Below are positions 1 through 11,934 of a stretch of DNA of 64,000 bases, in pieces (position 1 is the first letter of the stretch; each line of letters starts with the position of its first letter). The notes beneath the pieces are model-generated. The model ran no database searches. It was given only the letters and a program-made list of their open reading frames with translations, and was not told the DNA's origin. The position numbers were made by a program, and so were the translations under genes. Origin of the DNA: Eledone cirrhosa (lineage: Eukaryota); assembly GCA_964016885.1 (NCBI GenBank), contig OZ024741.1, positions 40,982,001 to 41,046,000 of the forward strand, read 5' to 3'.

Positions 1-511
1 AAAAAAAATATATATATATATAAATACACATACATATGTGTGTGTATATGCATATATGTATATAAATAAATATATATATATATAAATACACATATATATG
101 TGTATATGCATATATGTATATAAATAAATATATATATATATAAATACACATATATATGTGTATATGCATATATGCATATAAATAAATATATATATATATA
201 TAAATACACATATATATATGTGTATATGCATATATGTATATAAATAAATAAATAAATATATATATATATATAAATACACACATATATATGTGTATATGCA
301 TATATGTATATAAATAAATAAATATATATATATATATATATATAAATACACACATATATATGTGTATACGCATATATGTATATAAATAAATATATATATA
401 TATATATATATATAAATACACATATATATGTGTATATGCATATATGTATATAAATAAATATATATATATAAATACACATATATATATGTGTATATGCATA
501 TATGTATATAA

Positions 512-520
<9 letters not shown>
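1..520. repeat. AT-rich minisatellite (~55-65 bp unit, ~8 copies) grading into (TA)n
   Basis: Recurring unit taaatacaca(ta)n-tgtgtatatgcatatatgtatataaataaa(ta)n. Confidence 0.9.
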
Positions 521-573
<53 letters not shown>

Positions 574-1534
574 TAATGACTACAGTAACTATAATTCTGT
601 CCTTTATTTCTATGTACATACAAATCTAGATGAGATGATAGAGAGATAGAGAAAGCTATGGTGTGGGGGAGATGGAAAAAAATCAGAGGAAAGCCTAGAG
701 AGATAGAGAAATTCACACACACATACAGCGAGAGAGAAGGGTGGAGAAATAGAATGAGAGTCATTGTATGTATGTGTGAGAGAGAGAGAGAGAGAGTTTA
801 TTTTAAGTTAGTTAAAATTACACTTTTTAAGATCCTTAACTTCCTGACTTCAGAATTCATCAGGGGCTTTGCTCTGCAACTATGTGTGCAGGTGTGTGTA
901 TATGAAGGAGATATGAAGAACAAAGAATTCTTCTCAGATATTTCAATTTCCCAAGAGAGATTTTCTTTAAGTAAATTGATTTGTGATACTTGATTCGGTT
1001 TTGGAAAATTTAAAAGATTATTATCTTATATAAGAAGGAGGCTTCTTTATGAGTGAAGTTGATGGAATGGATAATCAGCTGGGCTCCCTATATACAAGAA
1101 TTCCTGATCTTTTGAAATATTCTTTGCAGCTATGAAGCCAAGCTAATGGTTAATAAATAGGTAAGCAGGGTGTGGAGTTGTAGTCGTCTTCATCTTTCAA
1201 AACAGACTTTTGCTCTTGTGAAAATGAATTTAACATTAAAAGGAAGTGTTGAAACTATTAAATCACTGAATCTTATCTTTGAAGCCAGGATTATAATTCC
1301 TTTACTGGTTTCAGACATCAGACAGCAGCCAAGCTAGGGCCTCAGCTTCTAGGAGTTCAGATGCCACTTGCCCAAAGTTCAATAGTATGGGGCTGAACCC
1401 AAGGCAACATTGTGGCAAAGCAAACTCCTTAATCACACAGCTATGCCTTTGCTTGTATTTATTACCATTTAAAGTTTCATTTTTCCTTGTATATTTTATT
1501 GACGGAAAATGAATGTTTATTATATACTTCAGTA

Positions 1535-1752
1535 AAGGGCAGAGGATTTGCAGTGTTGGTAGAATGTCAGGCATCTTGCTTTGCAGTATAGAGTTATGGC
1601 CATTTACGTTCTGAGATCAAATCCTGCAGGAGTTAGCTTTGCCTTTCATCCTTACAGACTCGATAAAATAAAGTACCAGTAATGCACTGGGGTCAATTTA
1701 ATCGACTTCCCCGCCACAAAATATCTGGCCTTGTGCCTATAGTAGAAATCAT
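1535..1752 (+). mobile_element. tRNA-like SINE family B, diverged copy
   Basis: Shares tttgcctttcatccttac...tcgataaaataaagtaccagtaatgcactggg...ggccttgtgcct..agtagaaa with many other copies in the window. Confidence 0.75.
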
Positions 1753-3706
1753 TATATAATTCAGTAACACAATTAAAAGTAAGACAAAAATAACAAAAAC
1801 AAAATAATAAGGTGAGCGTAAACTCTATAGCTACCTCAGCTACACAGCATATCTCAGTTGCACCCCTTGGACAGGATGGTGAAGATATATAACAATCTGT
1901 AATATTTGCTGCATCAGCTATCGCATCCCATGGGGCTCTCTCTGCCAAGCATGATGGCATCAACTCTATACTCTAAGCTGAATAACATATCTTAGCTACA
2001 CCCTGTCGACAAAATGGTAAAAATGTTTCCATGGACAACAGTCAACAATATAAGCTACATCAGCCATTCTTCTTCATAAGGTGCGACACCATCGTTCTGA
2101 TTTGGTGGGAGAAGATGGTAGTCCAGAGATAAAACAAACAGGAGACCACATTTGGTCCATCAATGCCTGGTATTTGGTCCATGTATTTTACCTATAACTT
2201 TTTAAAATATTGTGCGAGAGATTTAGTCTTGATTAGTAGACTTAATCTTGTGTTGTAGACTTTGTCTAGAGCAATAGATTTTATATTGGGTGACAAAGTT
2301 AATCATGGATGACAGACATAATCTTGAGTGGTAGAATTAACTTAGAATATCCTATACCACACGAACCCACATTAGTAAGATGTTGTTGAAAAGCACAAAT
2401 CAGAACTATGACTGTATCAAAGTAAAAGTTAAATTTGTTACTTAAAATTACTGCAAATTTTCACAATGATCTGTCAACCAATAAAGATACTATGAACATT
2501 TGAATTCAATTTGTTTTCAGACATTTTCTCCTAAATCATTACAGTTAGTTAATCTTGAATGGCAAACTTAATTTATTTTGCCTGGTAGATTTAACCCATC
2601 ACTTGGTTTAACACTGGCTCTTGGGTGGCTTGAATGGAGTCCATTCTATTACAAGCATTTGTGCCAGGACACCAGTTTGAGGAGACCTTCCTCTCTGTCT
2701 CTCACCATTCTTCATGTCCCTGAAAAGGGTCAATGGCACTACTGTTTCTTCCATGATTAAACAGTAAAAAGAAAAGAAACACATTCCTTTCAATATGAGG
2801 TTGTTTGATAGGTGAGTTAATTAGAAATAACAAACATTAGGTCAGTAGACAAAAGCTAGCTTTCATCTCATCAACATAGTCTTTGTATTACATTGTTGTT
2901 TTTTTTCTATATTACTCAAAAGATAAAACAATTAAAAGGAAGTAGTTCATTAGTTTTCTGTGTTAATTAGCTTGAAGTGATCATTAGTTTTAAAACAATG
3001 TTTTATCATTGACTCGATTGAAAAGACAACATTTCAAAGTTATTATTATTTTTTTTCAGTAGCAGATAGTTTTAAACAAAGAATAGAATTTTTTTTGCCA
3101 AATGAAGAAGTATTCAGTTTCAAACACTATTTTAATCTAACCAAGAAGAGGCTGATATTGATCCTCATCCCTGGGCTTGATGGAATTAACCAGGGGTCAA
3201 CTGAACTTTTAAGTCAAAATATAACTATGTAACAGACGAAAATACTTAAAGTAATTCAATAAAATACAACTTGCTTATCTCTCTAGTTGCCAACCTGGTC
3301 TAATAAAACTCCCCATTTTAAAGGTTTCCAATTCAAATTAATATCTTCCAACATAAGTTTAGTAAAACCCTCAACATTCTTCATTAATTAATTAAAATAG
3401 CATGTATTTCATTAGAAATGTGGTCATGAAAGGTTTATACAAGTCACTAATTTATATATAATTAGGCTTTTTGTTTATTTATCTTATAAACTTACATATT
3501 TATATAATTACATATCTGGGGTAGAAAGACTTCCTGCAGGAGTCAATGTCTAAAAGGTTTCGTTCATATAGATCTTCAATAAAAACTGCTAACTTAGTTG
3601 AAATAGACTTTATTACCATATTTTTAGTGAGACAGTGCCAATGAGGTTCAAATAATTGTGAAAATTAAAAAAAAAAAAAAAATTGTAAGATTCTGGAAAG
3701 ATTCCT

Positions 3707-3747
3707 CCGAGCTGAGGATCCGCATAAGGTGAAACAATTGTTCTCGG
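3707..3747 (+). ncRNA. Minimal type I hammerhead ribozyme
   Basis: Stem I CCGAG/CUCGG, CUGAGGA 3712-18, short stem II (U.U, CC/GG), GAAA 3731-34, palindromic stem III ACAAUUGU, GUU cleavage triplet. Confidence 0.75.
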
Positions 3748-3836
3748 TATGGTGAACTGTTGTGTTACTACTTCTACCAAACTCGTCCCCTGGACTGAGT
3801 GTCTACTACTACGGGTATTACCTTCCAGTGTTCCAC

Positions 3837-3909
<73 letters not shown>

Positions 3910-4101
3910 AATATAAATAAAGGTGGAAGGTAATATCCGTAGTAGTAGACACTCAGTCCAGGGGACGAGTTTGGTAGAAGTAGTAACACAACAGTTCACC
4001 ATACCGAGAACAATTGTTTCACCTTATGGATCCACCGAGCTGAGGATCCGCATAAGGTGAAACAATTGTTCTCAGTATGGTGAACTGTTGTGTTACTACT
4101 T
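3707..4101. mobile_element. PLE pseudo-LTR fragments in fold-back arrangement around (TA)n
   Basis: 3707-3840 (+), TA tract, 3918-4033 (-, same sequence), 4034-4101 (+, second hammerhead copy 4034-4076), then TA. Confidence 0.8.
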
Positions 4102-4179
4102 ATATATATATTATTAAGACTAAATTGTGAGTCTTGTTACTCTAGAGATTCACATGCTTCCTTGCTATTATAAAATTAT

Positions 4180-4465
4180 AATCATCATCATCATGACCAT
4201 TCTTCCATGCTAGCATGGGTTAGACAGGTTGTCCTGTTGTGGGCAGTGTCCAGTCGGCTGACCTTGTCTTACTCATACGGGAAGTGATTCTGGCTTGATT
4301 TCTACAGCTGGATGCTCTTCCTAACACCAACCTCATTTACAGTGAGTGGTGGGTGCTTTTTTTCCGTGGCGCCTACATGACCACTTTGCAGTGGGAGGGG
4401 ATGGGGGCATGTTGTCTATATGCTTCAGCTTCGGGTTGTACCCGTGGGAAGTGGAGTCTTCTGTA
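4180..4465 (-). mobile_element. RTE subfamily 2, 3' UTR fragment
   Basis: Collinear with 54784-55070 and 56767-57100; (GAT)n tail. Confidence 0.8.
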
Positions 4466-4628
4466 TAATGTAGCTAAATATAAACACATTAAAATAAACA
4501 GCTTAGACCCAGAGGCAGTTTTGCAAAACCTTTGAGTAGCAAGACTCATTATTTAGCCTAATTAAATTAATATTTAAACTCTATTTCGGTATTGAATACT
4601 CTGTACTCTTGGCCAGCAACTATACACG

Positions 4629-4662
<34 letters not shown>

Positions 4663-4854
4663 TACATACATACATACATATATATATATATATATTTCGT
4701 TTAATTATACATGTTAGTTGATCTTCATCATCAACAAACTTGAGTGTACTCAACATAAGCACTCCATGCCTTAAATATCCATAAAGGTTGTATTAACGTT
4801 GATATGCGAGAGTCTGAAGAGAGATGCTATCAAAATTGATTCAAGAAAGTCCTT

Positions 4855-5590
4855 GATAAATTTGTGTGGACAGGTGTTAAAAAACCTGATTGCCTATTTA
4901 TTATATGGGGCTTACTTTTAATAATTTCTATGACTTCTGTCATGCATAAATCACAATTATTTGCTAAAGATTCTCACTTGTATGGGTGTGCTGTTTGTAG
5001 GTGTGGACCAAGACAATGAATGCTATATATTATCCTGTTTTAGTTGCCATATTAGTTTAGATAATGCTGTGCTACCATGCTAGTCTATTCTATTAAATAG
5101 GTGGCACTGGTAGTACCACCTTTCCTTAATGCTATTCACTTTTGGCCCTATGTATTTACATGACCTATTGCTAGTGGTAACTCAGCACTCATAGACAATG
5201 TTTTTCTCTAAGCATCTATTCTGCATGGGGCAGTTTACTGGGTTTCTACAGTTGCAATCCTGGTTAGACATATGCGTTGTGTCTGAATCTTATCTATTAG
5301 GACAGCTAAAAACTCTATCTAGGTATATGGTATTGTGTCTATTGCTAAGGGCCCCATGGGTTGCAGTGTTATCTATTTGTCTGTGCTCGTTGAGACTATA
5401 TTTCTTTTCTAATCTATCATGGTTTATTTTGGCTATGTTTTGTTGAGTGTGATAGCTTTGTAGTATACATATTAAACATTCAGTTGTATCTATGAGATTT
5501 TATCAAGTGTTTTGAAGAAAATGCAACCAATGTTGGTTTTGAGCCCAGCTGAGTATGGTGGGTTGTACCATATGCTATGTAAACTGGCTT
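4855..5590 (-). pseudogene. Decayed Penelope-like (Naiad-type) ORF 3' part: linker, CxCx5Cx5C knuckle, GIY-YIG endonuclease
   Basis: Manual minus-strand translation: IWYNPPYSAGLKTNIG...CNCRNPVNCPMQNRCLEKNIVYEC*V...KYIG...STALSKLIWQLK...CDLCMTEVIEI...CPHK; stops and frameshifts present. Confidence 0.8.
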
Positions 5591-6002
5591 AATTTTTATT
5601 GTGTTGTTGGTATTATATAGCTAGAAGAATGGGAGTTTCCTTGTGGTATGGATAAGTCATTGGGTTAGCAGAATGTGCATTCATATTCTCGATTATGTTC
5701 AAAATGAATTGAAAAACAGAGGCAGAGTTTTTATTAGAAATATAGTAATGCAAGGGTTAAAGCAAGCAGTAGATACCTGTATGAACTAAATAAACTGTAG
5801 TACACATTGAAAAGATTAAAGGTTTTGTTTTTAATAACAGAATGTATAAATATTGACAATTATAATTCTTTAGACACTTAATCAAAAAAAGTTAATTATC
5901 CTATAAATGAAGTTGTCATTCTCCATCAATTATGTTATTAAAAACAAACTTTTAATTACTTGCTTGGGCTCTTATTTATTCATTGGTATATATATATATA
6001 CA

Positions 6003-6089
<87 letters not shown>

Positions 6090-6433
6090 GGAGGCACATG
6101 GCTTAGTGGTTAGAGCATTGGCCTTGCAATCGAAAGGTTGTGAGTTCAATTCTCAGACCAGGTGATGTGTTGTTTCCTTGAGCAAGAGACTTTATTTCAC
6201 ATTGCTCCAGTTTACTCAGCTGTAGAAATGAGATGATAGGGAATGGGGTCTCTATCATTCCACTGCAAAGTGGTCGTGGAGGTGCCACGGCAAAAAAGCA
6301 CCCAGCACTCACTGTAAATGAGGTTGGTGTTAGGAAGGGCATCCAGCTGTAGAAATCAAGCCAGAATCAGTTCCCGTCCCACCCTTGCAAGCAGGGAAAA
6401 GTGGACGTAAAATGAAATGATGATGAAATGATG
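6090..6433 (+). mobile_element. SINE family A (tRNA-like head, RTE-derived tail)
   Basis: A-box-like tggcttagtgg, B-box-like gagttcaattc, tail matching RTE subfamily 2 3' UTR, (GAT) end, TA flanks. Confidence 0.9.
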
Positions 6434-6589
6434 ATATATATATATGTATATGAATGTATATATATATATGTGTATATATATCTATATGTATGTATATATA
6501 TATGTATATATATATGTATATATATATATATAATGTGTATGTATATATATATATATATATGTGTGTGTGTATGTATATATATATATATA

Positions 6590-7412
6590 CAAATATATTA
6601 CACAAAGAGAAGTGTGTTACACTGTGAGGTGTGTGTAAAGAATTATTACAAGTGAGTTTTACTGTTACTGTATAGAGAACAATATCTACAGGTTAGCAAT
6701 TAAATAGAAAAAAACTAAGTCAGAATCAAATCTCTGAAGTAGAGTTTTAAATTACCAACCTTATAACCATAAGTTTGCTGATACGAATCTCGTTCGTTTC
6801 ACCACAGACATGTGCATTGTAACAGCCCACAGGATCCTCACTGTGAACTGCGGAATACTCTTAATTCCGATCCTTGTATACTTAACGAGCTCCAAATTGC
6901 TGAGCTAATAAATTTGAATGGTTGGGCATTTTCCCCAATCCATGAGAGCCGTTATTTGATGCAAATAACACGTGATTTCACCCTACTCTGGGCAGTGTGT
7001 ATATTAGCTTTCTCTCTATCCATGAGGTTAGATGTGTCGTGAACAGTTTCCACATTTGCTGACTGAGGATCCTGTGAACTGTTATACTGCACATTTCTGT
7101 GGTGAAACGAAGCGAGATTCGTATCAGCAAACTTATAGTTATGAGGTTGGTAATTTAAAACTCTAATTCAGAGATTTGATTCTGACTTAGTTTTATTCTA
7201 TTTAATTGCTAACCTGTAGATATTGTTCTCTATACAGTAACGGTACAACTCACTTGTAATAATTCTTTACACACATCTCACTGTGTAACACACTTCTCTT
7301 TGTGTAATATATTTGCATTTGAGCTCGGAAAAAAATTCTCTGCTCTTCTTTGAGCTAATATTATTATTATTACTGTGAACTGCGGAATACTCTTAATTCT
7401 GATCCTTGTATA
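6590..7412 (+). mobile_element. Non-coding PLE-derived element with inverted 5' arm, hammerhead and terminal direct repeat
   Basis: 6590-6840 is the reverse complement of 7064-7315; 6840-6880 repeats at 7372-7412 (532 bp period); TA tracts on both sides. Confidence 0.85.
7055..7131 (+). ncRNA. Type I hammerhead ribozyme
   Basis: Stem I UUUGCUGA/UCAGCAAA (8 bp), CUGAGGA 7063-69, GAAA 7104-07, stem III CGAA/UUCG, GUA 7121-23. Confidence 0.85.
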
Positions 7413-7483
7413 TATATATACATATATATATACATCATCAACATCATCATTGTATGATATGTATGTATATATATATATATATA

Positions 7484-10400
7484 AAGTAACGTTCTAATAT
7501 TTTTCTCGATTCTTCTCTCCATTCGAATCCATTCATTCAATCACTATTCTATGTCCTAATTTCACACTATATCATATTTTCACCATTCTATATCATATTT
7601 TTTTTTTTTTTCTCTAAAAATCATATTTTCCCTATCACCGCATTTTCTCTATCTAATTTTCTTAAACAAAACAAATCTTGTATTTTCGTTTATTGTTAAA
7701 TTATGCCCAAAATACGGCGATCTTATCTTAAACCTTACATTCTCGCTAACAACACACCACCATTATTACGTGGACCAATCATAAGTCAGAGGCCCATACT
7801 ATCGCCTAACTGGTTGCTTTTCGATATGATGGATGGACTACGGAATTCTGGAGAGTTGAAGAGAGAAAAATCTGGACGCTCAGCGACAATGCCAAAGATA
7901 AAGACAAATTCACCTCGTGGACGAGAATGCAAGCACTCCGCCTTGTTTCGGCCCAGGATGGCTAACATAACCCCCCCCCCCCGCTCCCACCCTCCAAACG
8001 CAATCCAAAACTTCAGAGTTGGTACCATGAATGTAGGCACCTTAAAGGGTCGCTCTAACGAGGTTGTAGAAATGCTTGAACGTAAGGAGGTCGATGTTTG
8101 TTGTATTCAAGAGACCAGGTGGAGGGGAGGGTTGGCTAGATTCATCGTGGGTAAAGAACGATGCTATAAGCTTTTCTGGGTGGGAAATGACAATGGGTTG
8201 GGTGGGGTAGGAATCATGGTAGCAGAAAAGTGGGCAGATAAGATAATAGACGTAAATAGAGTGAACGACAGAATAATTAAAATAAGACTTGTCCTCAATA
8301 AAACTACGGTGACAGTAATATCTGCGTACGCACCACAATCCGGACTGCCCGGTGCTATAAAAGACAGATTCTACGAGACACTGATGCTCGCTACCTCCCA
8401 AATAACCGACAGTGACTATATAGTTATTGCAGGTGACCTAAATGGTCACATTGGACAGCATTGTGACGGCTATGACGGAATCCATGGAGGCTATGGGTTC
8501 GGTACTAGAAATGAGGAAGGCTCCAGAATCCTGGAAATCTGCGACGCAAATAACTTAACTATCTGTAACACTAACTTCAAAAAACGAGACAATCACTTGA
8601 TCACCTATAGATCGGGGGAACACACAAGCCAGGTAGATTATATCCTTACCAGAAGACGTGACAGAGTGTCTGTTGTTAACACTAAATCCCTCCCCCATGA
8701 AGAATTCACCTCCCAACATAGAGTGATAATTAGCGACCTCATAGTCAGGACGAGACGTACTAGACAGCGGAAGAGGACTATCCTCAGGAGAAAAATATGG
8801 AAGCTAAAGGACCCCACAGCCAGAAATAAATTTCAAAGCATATTACTTGACGCTTTTGACAGTAAGGAAGAGCAATTAGAGTCGTATAATATAGAGGAAC
8901 AGTGGGAATTCCTGAGAGCAAACCTGCTGACGGCGGCAGACGAAGTCTGTGGCTGGAGCAGGCCTGTAGGTAGGAGGAGAGTAACATGGTGGTGGAACAG
9001 TAAGGTGAAGGAGTCAATTAAGGCCAAAAAGCAGGCTTGGAAAGCATGGCGGGATGGGGGAAGTAGAGAAGACTATCAGGTGGCCAGGAGGGAAGCTAGG
9101 AGACAAGTGTACTTTGCAAGAAGGGAAGCAGAGGAAAGAAAGTTCAAGCATGTTCTACAACGTGAGGACCAAAAACGTGAGGTGTTCAGGATTGCCAGGC
9201 AATGTGTCAAGGAAAACCGTGATATTGTCGGGGAGAAGTGTGTGCTTAACGATGATGGCATACTTGCCATCACCGACGCTGATAAGAAGGTAGCTTGGAA
9301 GTGTCACTACGAAAGGCTTCTAAATGAGGAGAACAAATGGGAGAAAGACAGTCTCCCCCACATCGACCCAATAGAGGGACCAGCAGTGTTAGTCCAGGGT
9401 AGTACAATAAGCAAGGCAATCAAAGATATGAAGACGGGTAAGGCGGCTGGTCCTTCGGAAATAGTTGCTGAGATGCTGAAGGCATCTGGTTCGGTGGGAC
9501 ACACCATAGTCACCCGGATAGTTAACCAAGTCGTACAGAATGGGGTTGTTCCGAATGACTGGCGTAGCAGCATCATCGTTAACTGCTATAAGGGAAAAGG
9601 AGATGCCCTAGATAGGAGTAACTATAGAGGCATTAAATTAATCGACCAGGTCATGAAGGTCACGGAAAAAGTAATAGCGCAACTAATCAGAGAGAGAATT
9701 GATCTAGATGAAATGCAGTTCGGATTTGTGTCAGGCAAAAGTACCACAGACGCTCTTTTCATTGTACGACAACTACAGGAGAAGTACCTAGCTAAAAGTA
9801 AACCCCTATACTTAGCTTTCGTCGACTTGGAGAAAGCCTTCGACAGAGTCCCCCGTTCCATTATCTGGTGGTCTCTTAGAAAAGTAGGTGTTGACGAATG
9901 GCTTGTGAGAGCTATACAAGCCATGTATAAAGAAACAGTCAGTAAGGTTAGAATTAACAACGAATATAGTGAAGAGTTTAGCGTAAAAGTTGGTGTCCAT
10001 CAGGGCTCTGTTCTTAGCCCCCTACTATTTATTATTGCCCTTCAGGCTATAACAGAGGAGTTCAAGACCGGCTGCCCATGGGAACTCCTATACGCAGATG
10101 ATCTAACGCTCATAGCTGAATCAATGACCGAACTAGAGAAGAAATTCCAAACATGGAAGCACGGCCTAGAATCAAAAGGCCTTAAAATTAACCTGGCTAA
10201 GACTAAAGTACTAGTTTGTAGGAAAGAAAATATGGCGGCAGTCCCATCTGGGAAATGGCCATGCTCAGTGTGTAGGAAAGGCGTAGGTAGAAACTCCATT
10301 TTATGTCCCAAATGCAAAATATGGGTGCATAAAAGATGTAGTGGGATCACAGGTAAGCTAACTAAGAACATAGATTTTACATGTGGCCGGTGCTCTGGTG

Positions 10401-11558
10401 CAATAAGTAGCAGCAAGTGCCCACAAAATACTAGCTCCTTCAACTGCGCAGAGGGTTCTATAGAAATAGTGGACAGCTTCCGTTACCTGGGTGACAAAAT
10501 CAGCAGTGGGGGAGGGTGCTCTGAAAGTACAGTAGCTAGAGTCAGAACTGGATGGAAAAAGTTCAGAGAGCTTATACCACTATTAGCCGCTAGAGGGTTC
10601 TCCCTAAAAATGAAAGGCAGGTTATACGATGCCTGCATACGAACAGCAATGCTGCATGGCAGTGAGACCTGGGCATTGTGTGCAGAGGATATACGCAGAC
10701 TAGAGAGGAACGAAGCTTGCATGCTCCGCTGGATGTGCAATAGTAATATACGTGAACGGCAAAGCATAAACGAACTAAGGAAAAAATTAGAAATAAGAGG
10801 GATCAGATGTTGTTTACTCGAGAGAAGGCTACGTTGGTACGGTCACGTGATGCGCATGAAAGACGACAGCTGTATAACAAAGTGCAGGGCAATAAAGATA
10901 GACGGTAGCCACGGAGTAGGCAGACCCAGAAAAACATGGCACGACCTGATAAATTCTGACCTCACACGCTTACACCTCTCCAAGACAATGTCACTGGACC
11001 GAGACCTTTGGCGGTACTCAGTAATAGAGAAGACCCGCCTTACCTAAATACAAAGTAAAAACCTACTACAGTCAGTAGGCATCTCTATCAAACCCCCCCC
11101 CCCCCCCCGTCCCACCACCTCCACCCCATCCACACCGCCCCTTTCAATGTACAGTTATGTTGGTCCCACAACATCCAGGCCGAAACAAATGAGATCGTGT
11201 AGGTGTCACGACAAAAAACACACAGTCCATGCTGTAAATGTGGCCGTGTAGGCAACACGGTAAAAACCTCCCAGCCCCACACTGTAAATGTGGTTGGTGT
11301 TAGGAAGGGCATCCAGCTGTAGAAAACCCGCCAGACAGTCCACGCTGTAATGTGGCCGTGTAGGCAACACGGTAAAAACCTCCCAGACCCACACTGTAAA
11401 TGTGGTTGGTGTTAGGAAGGGCATCCAACTGTAGAAAACCCGCCAGACAGTCCTATGCGAGCAAGACAACCACTCTTGCCTCAAGTGGGAAAACCCCCGT
11501 CCAAACCCATGCAAGCGTGGAACACGGACGCTAAACCTGATGATGATGATGATGATGA
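7484..11558 (+). mobile_element. Apparently full-length RTE-clade LINE (subfamily 1)
   Basis: Single long ORF, 3' UTR with terminal hairpin and (GAT)n tail, (TA)n on both sides; 5' boundary approximate. Confidence 0.85.
7703..11047 (+). CDS. RTE ORF: APE endonuclease + reverse transcriptase with inserted PHD-type zinc finger
   Basis: 1114 aa uninterrupted; APE motifs TMNVGTL, IQETRW, GDLNGH, VDYIL; RT motifs FVDLEKAFD, GVHQGSVLSP, YADD, FRYLG; RTE-type C-terminus RLRWYGHV...GRPRKTW. True start codon uncertain. Confidence 0.95.
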   Translation: MPKIRRSYLKPYILANNTPPLLRGPIISQRPILSPNWLLFDMMDGLRNSGELKREKSGRSATMPKIKTNSPRGRECKHSALFRPRMANITPPPRSHPPNAIQNFRVGTMNVGTLKGRSNEVVEMLERKEVDVCCIQETRWRGGLARFIVGKERCYKLFWVGNDNGLGGVGIMVAEKWADKIIDVNRVNDRIIKIRLVLNKTTVTVISAYAPQSGLPGAIKDRFYETLMLATSQITDSDYIVIAGDLNGHIGQHCDGYDGIHGGYGFGTRNEEGSRILEICDANNLTICNTNFKKRDNHLITYRSGEHTSQVDYILTRRRDRVSVVNTKSLPHEEFTSQHRVIISDLIVRTRRTRQRKRTILRRKIWKLKDPTARNKFQSILLDAFDSKEEQLESYNIEEQWEFLRANLLTAADEVCGWSRPVGRRRVTWWWNSKVKESIKAKKQAWKAWRDGGSREDYQVARREARRQVYFARREAEERKFKHVLQREDQKREVFRIARQCVKENRDIVGEKCVLNDDGILAITDADKKVAWKCHYERLLNEENKWEKDSLPHIDPIEGPAVLVQGSTISKAIKDMKTGKAAGPSEIVAEMLKASGSVGHTIVTRIVNQVVQNGVVPNDWRSSIIVNCYKGKGDALDRSNYRGIKLIDQVMKVTEKVIAQLIRERIDLDEMQFGFVSGKSTTDALFIVRQLQEKYLAKSKPLYLAFVDLEKAFDRVPRSIIWWSLRKVGVDEWLVRAIQAMYKETVSKVRINNEYSEEFSVKVGVHQGSVLSPLLFIIALQAITEEFKTGCPWELLYADDLTLIAESMTELEKKFQTWKHGLESKGLKINLAKTKVLVCRKENMAAVPSGKWPCSVCRKGVGRNSILCPKCKIWVHKRCSGITGKLTKNIDFTCGRCSGAISSSKCPQNTSSFNCAEGSIEIVDSFRYLGDKISSGGGCSESTVARVRTGWKKFRELIPLLAARGFSLKMKGRLYDACIRTAMLHGSETWALCAEDIRRLERNEACMLRWMCNSNIRERQSINELRKKLEIRGIRCCLLERRLRWYGHVMRMKDDSCITKCRAIKIDGSHGVGRPRKTWHDLINSDLTRLHLSKTMSLDRDLWRYSVIEKTRLT

Positions 11559-11624
11559 TATGTATATATATATATGTATGTATATATATATATATGTATG
11601 TATATATATATGTATATATATATG

Positions 11625-11756
<132 letters not shown>

Positions 11757-11934
11757 TATGTTTATACATAAACACACACACATGCATATATATATATATA
11801 TATATATATTATGAGATATTACTAGTTAAGACCAGTAAAATCATTATTCAAATTCGTACTCCATACTGAAAGAAAGTAGAGTGTAGATATAAAGATTCTT
11901 ATTCCCTGTATGATGTCCCTATATCATCATTATC

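Noticed and set aside
830-870. Minus-strand CUGAUGA with a hairpin as a hammerhead; likewise 59925-59965
   Set aside because: GAAA/stem III or stem I cannot be completed.
930-1166. Possible host exon ending at gtaagc
   Set aside because: Frames closed by stops and no recognisable protein.
5180-5190. In-frame TGA codons in the Naiad-type remnants (also ~23682) as possible selenocysteine
   Set aside because: They do not align with conserved Cys positions, other stops and frameshifts are present, and no SECIS was recognised.
6090-6165. tRNA-like sequences with A/B boxes
   Set aside because: No closed acceptor stem; always fused to SINE bodies.
7786-10767. Antisense and alternate-frame ORFs overlapping RTE copies (also 57200-58315)
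   Set aside because: Shadows of the RT reading frame with no independent motifs.
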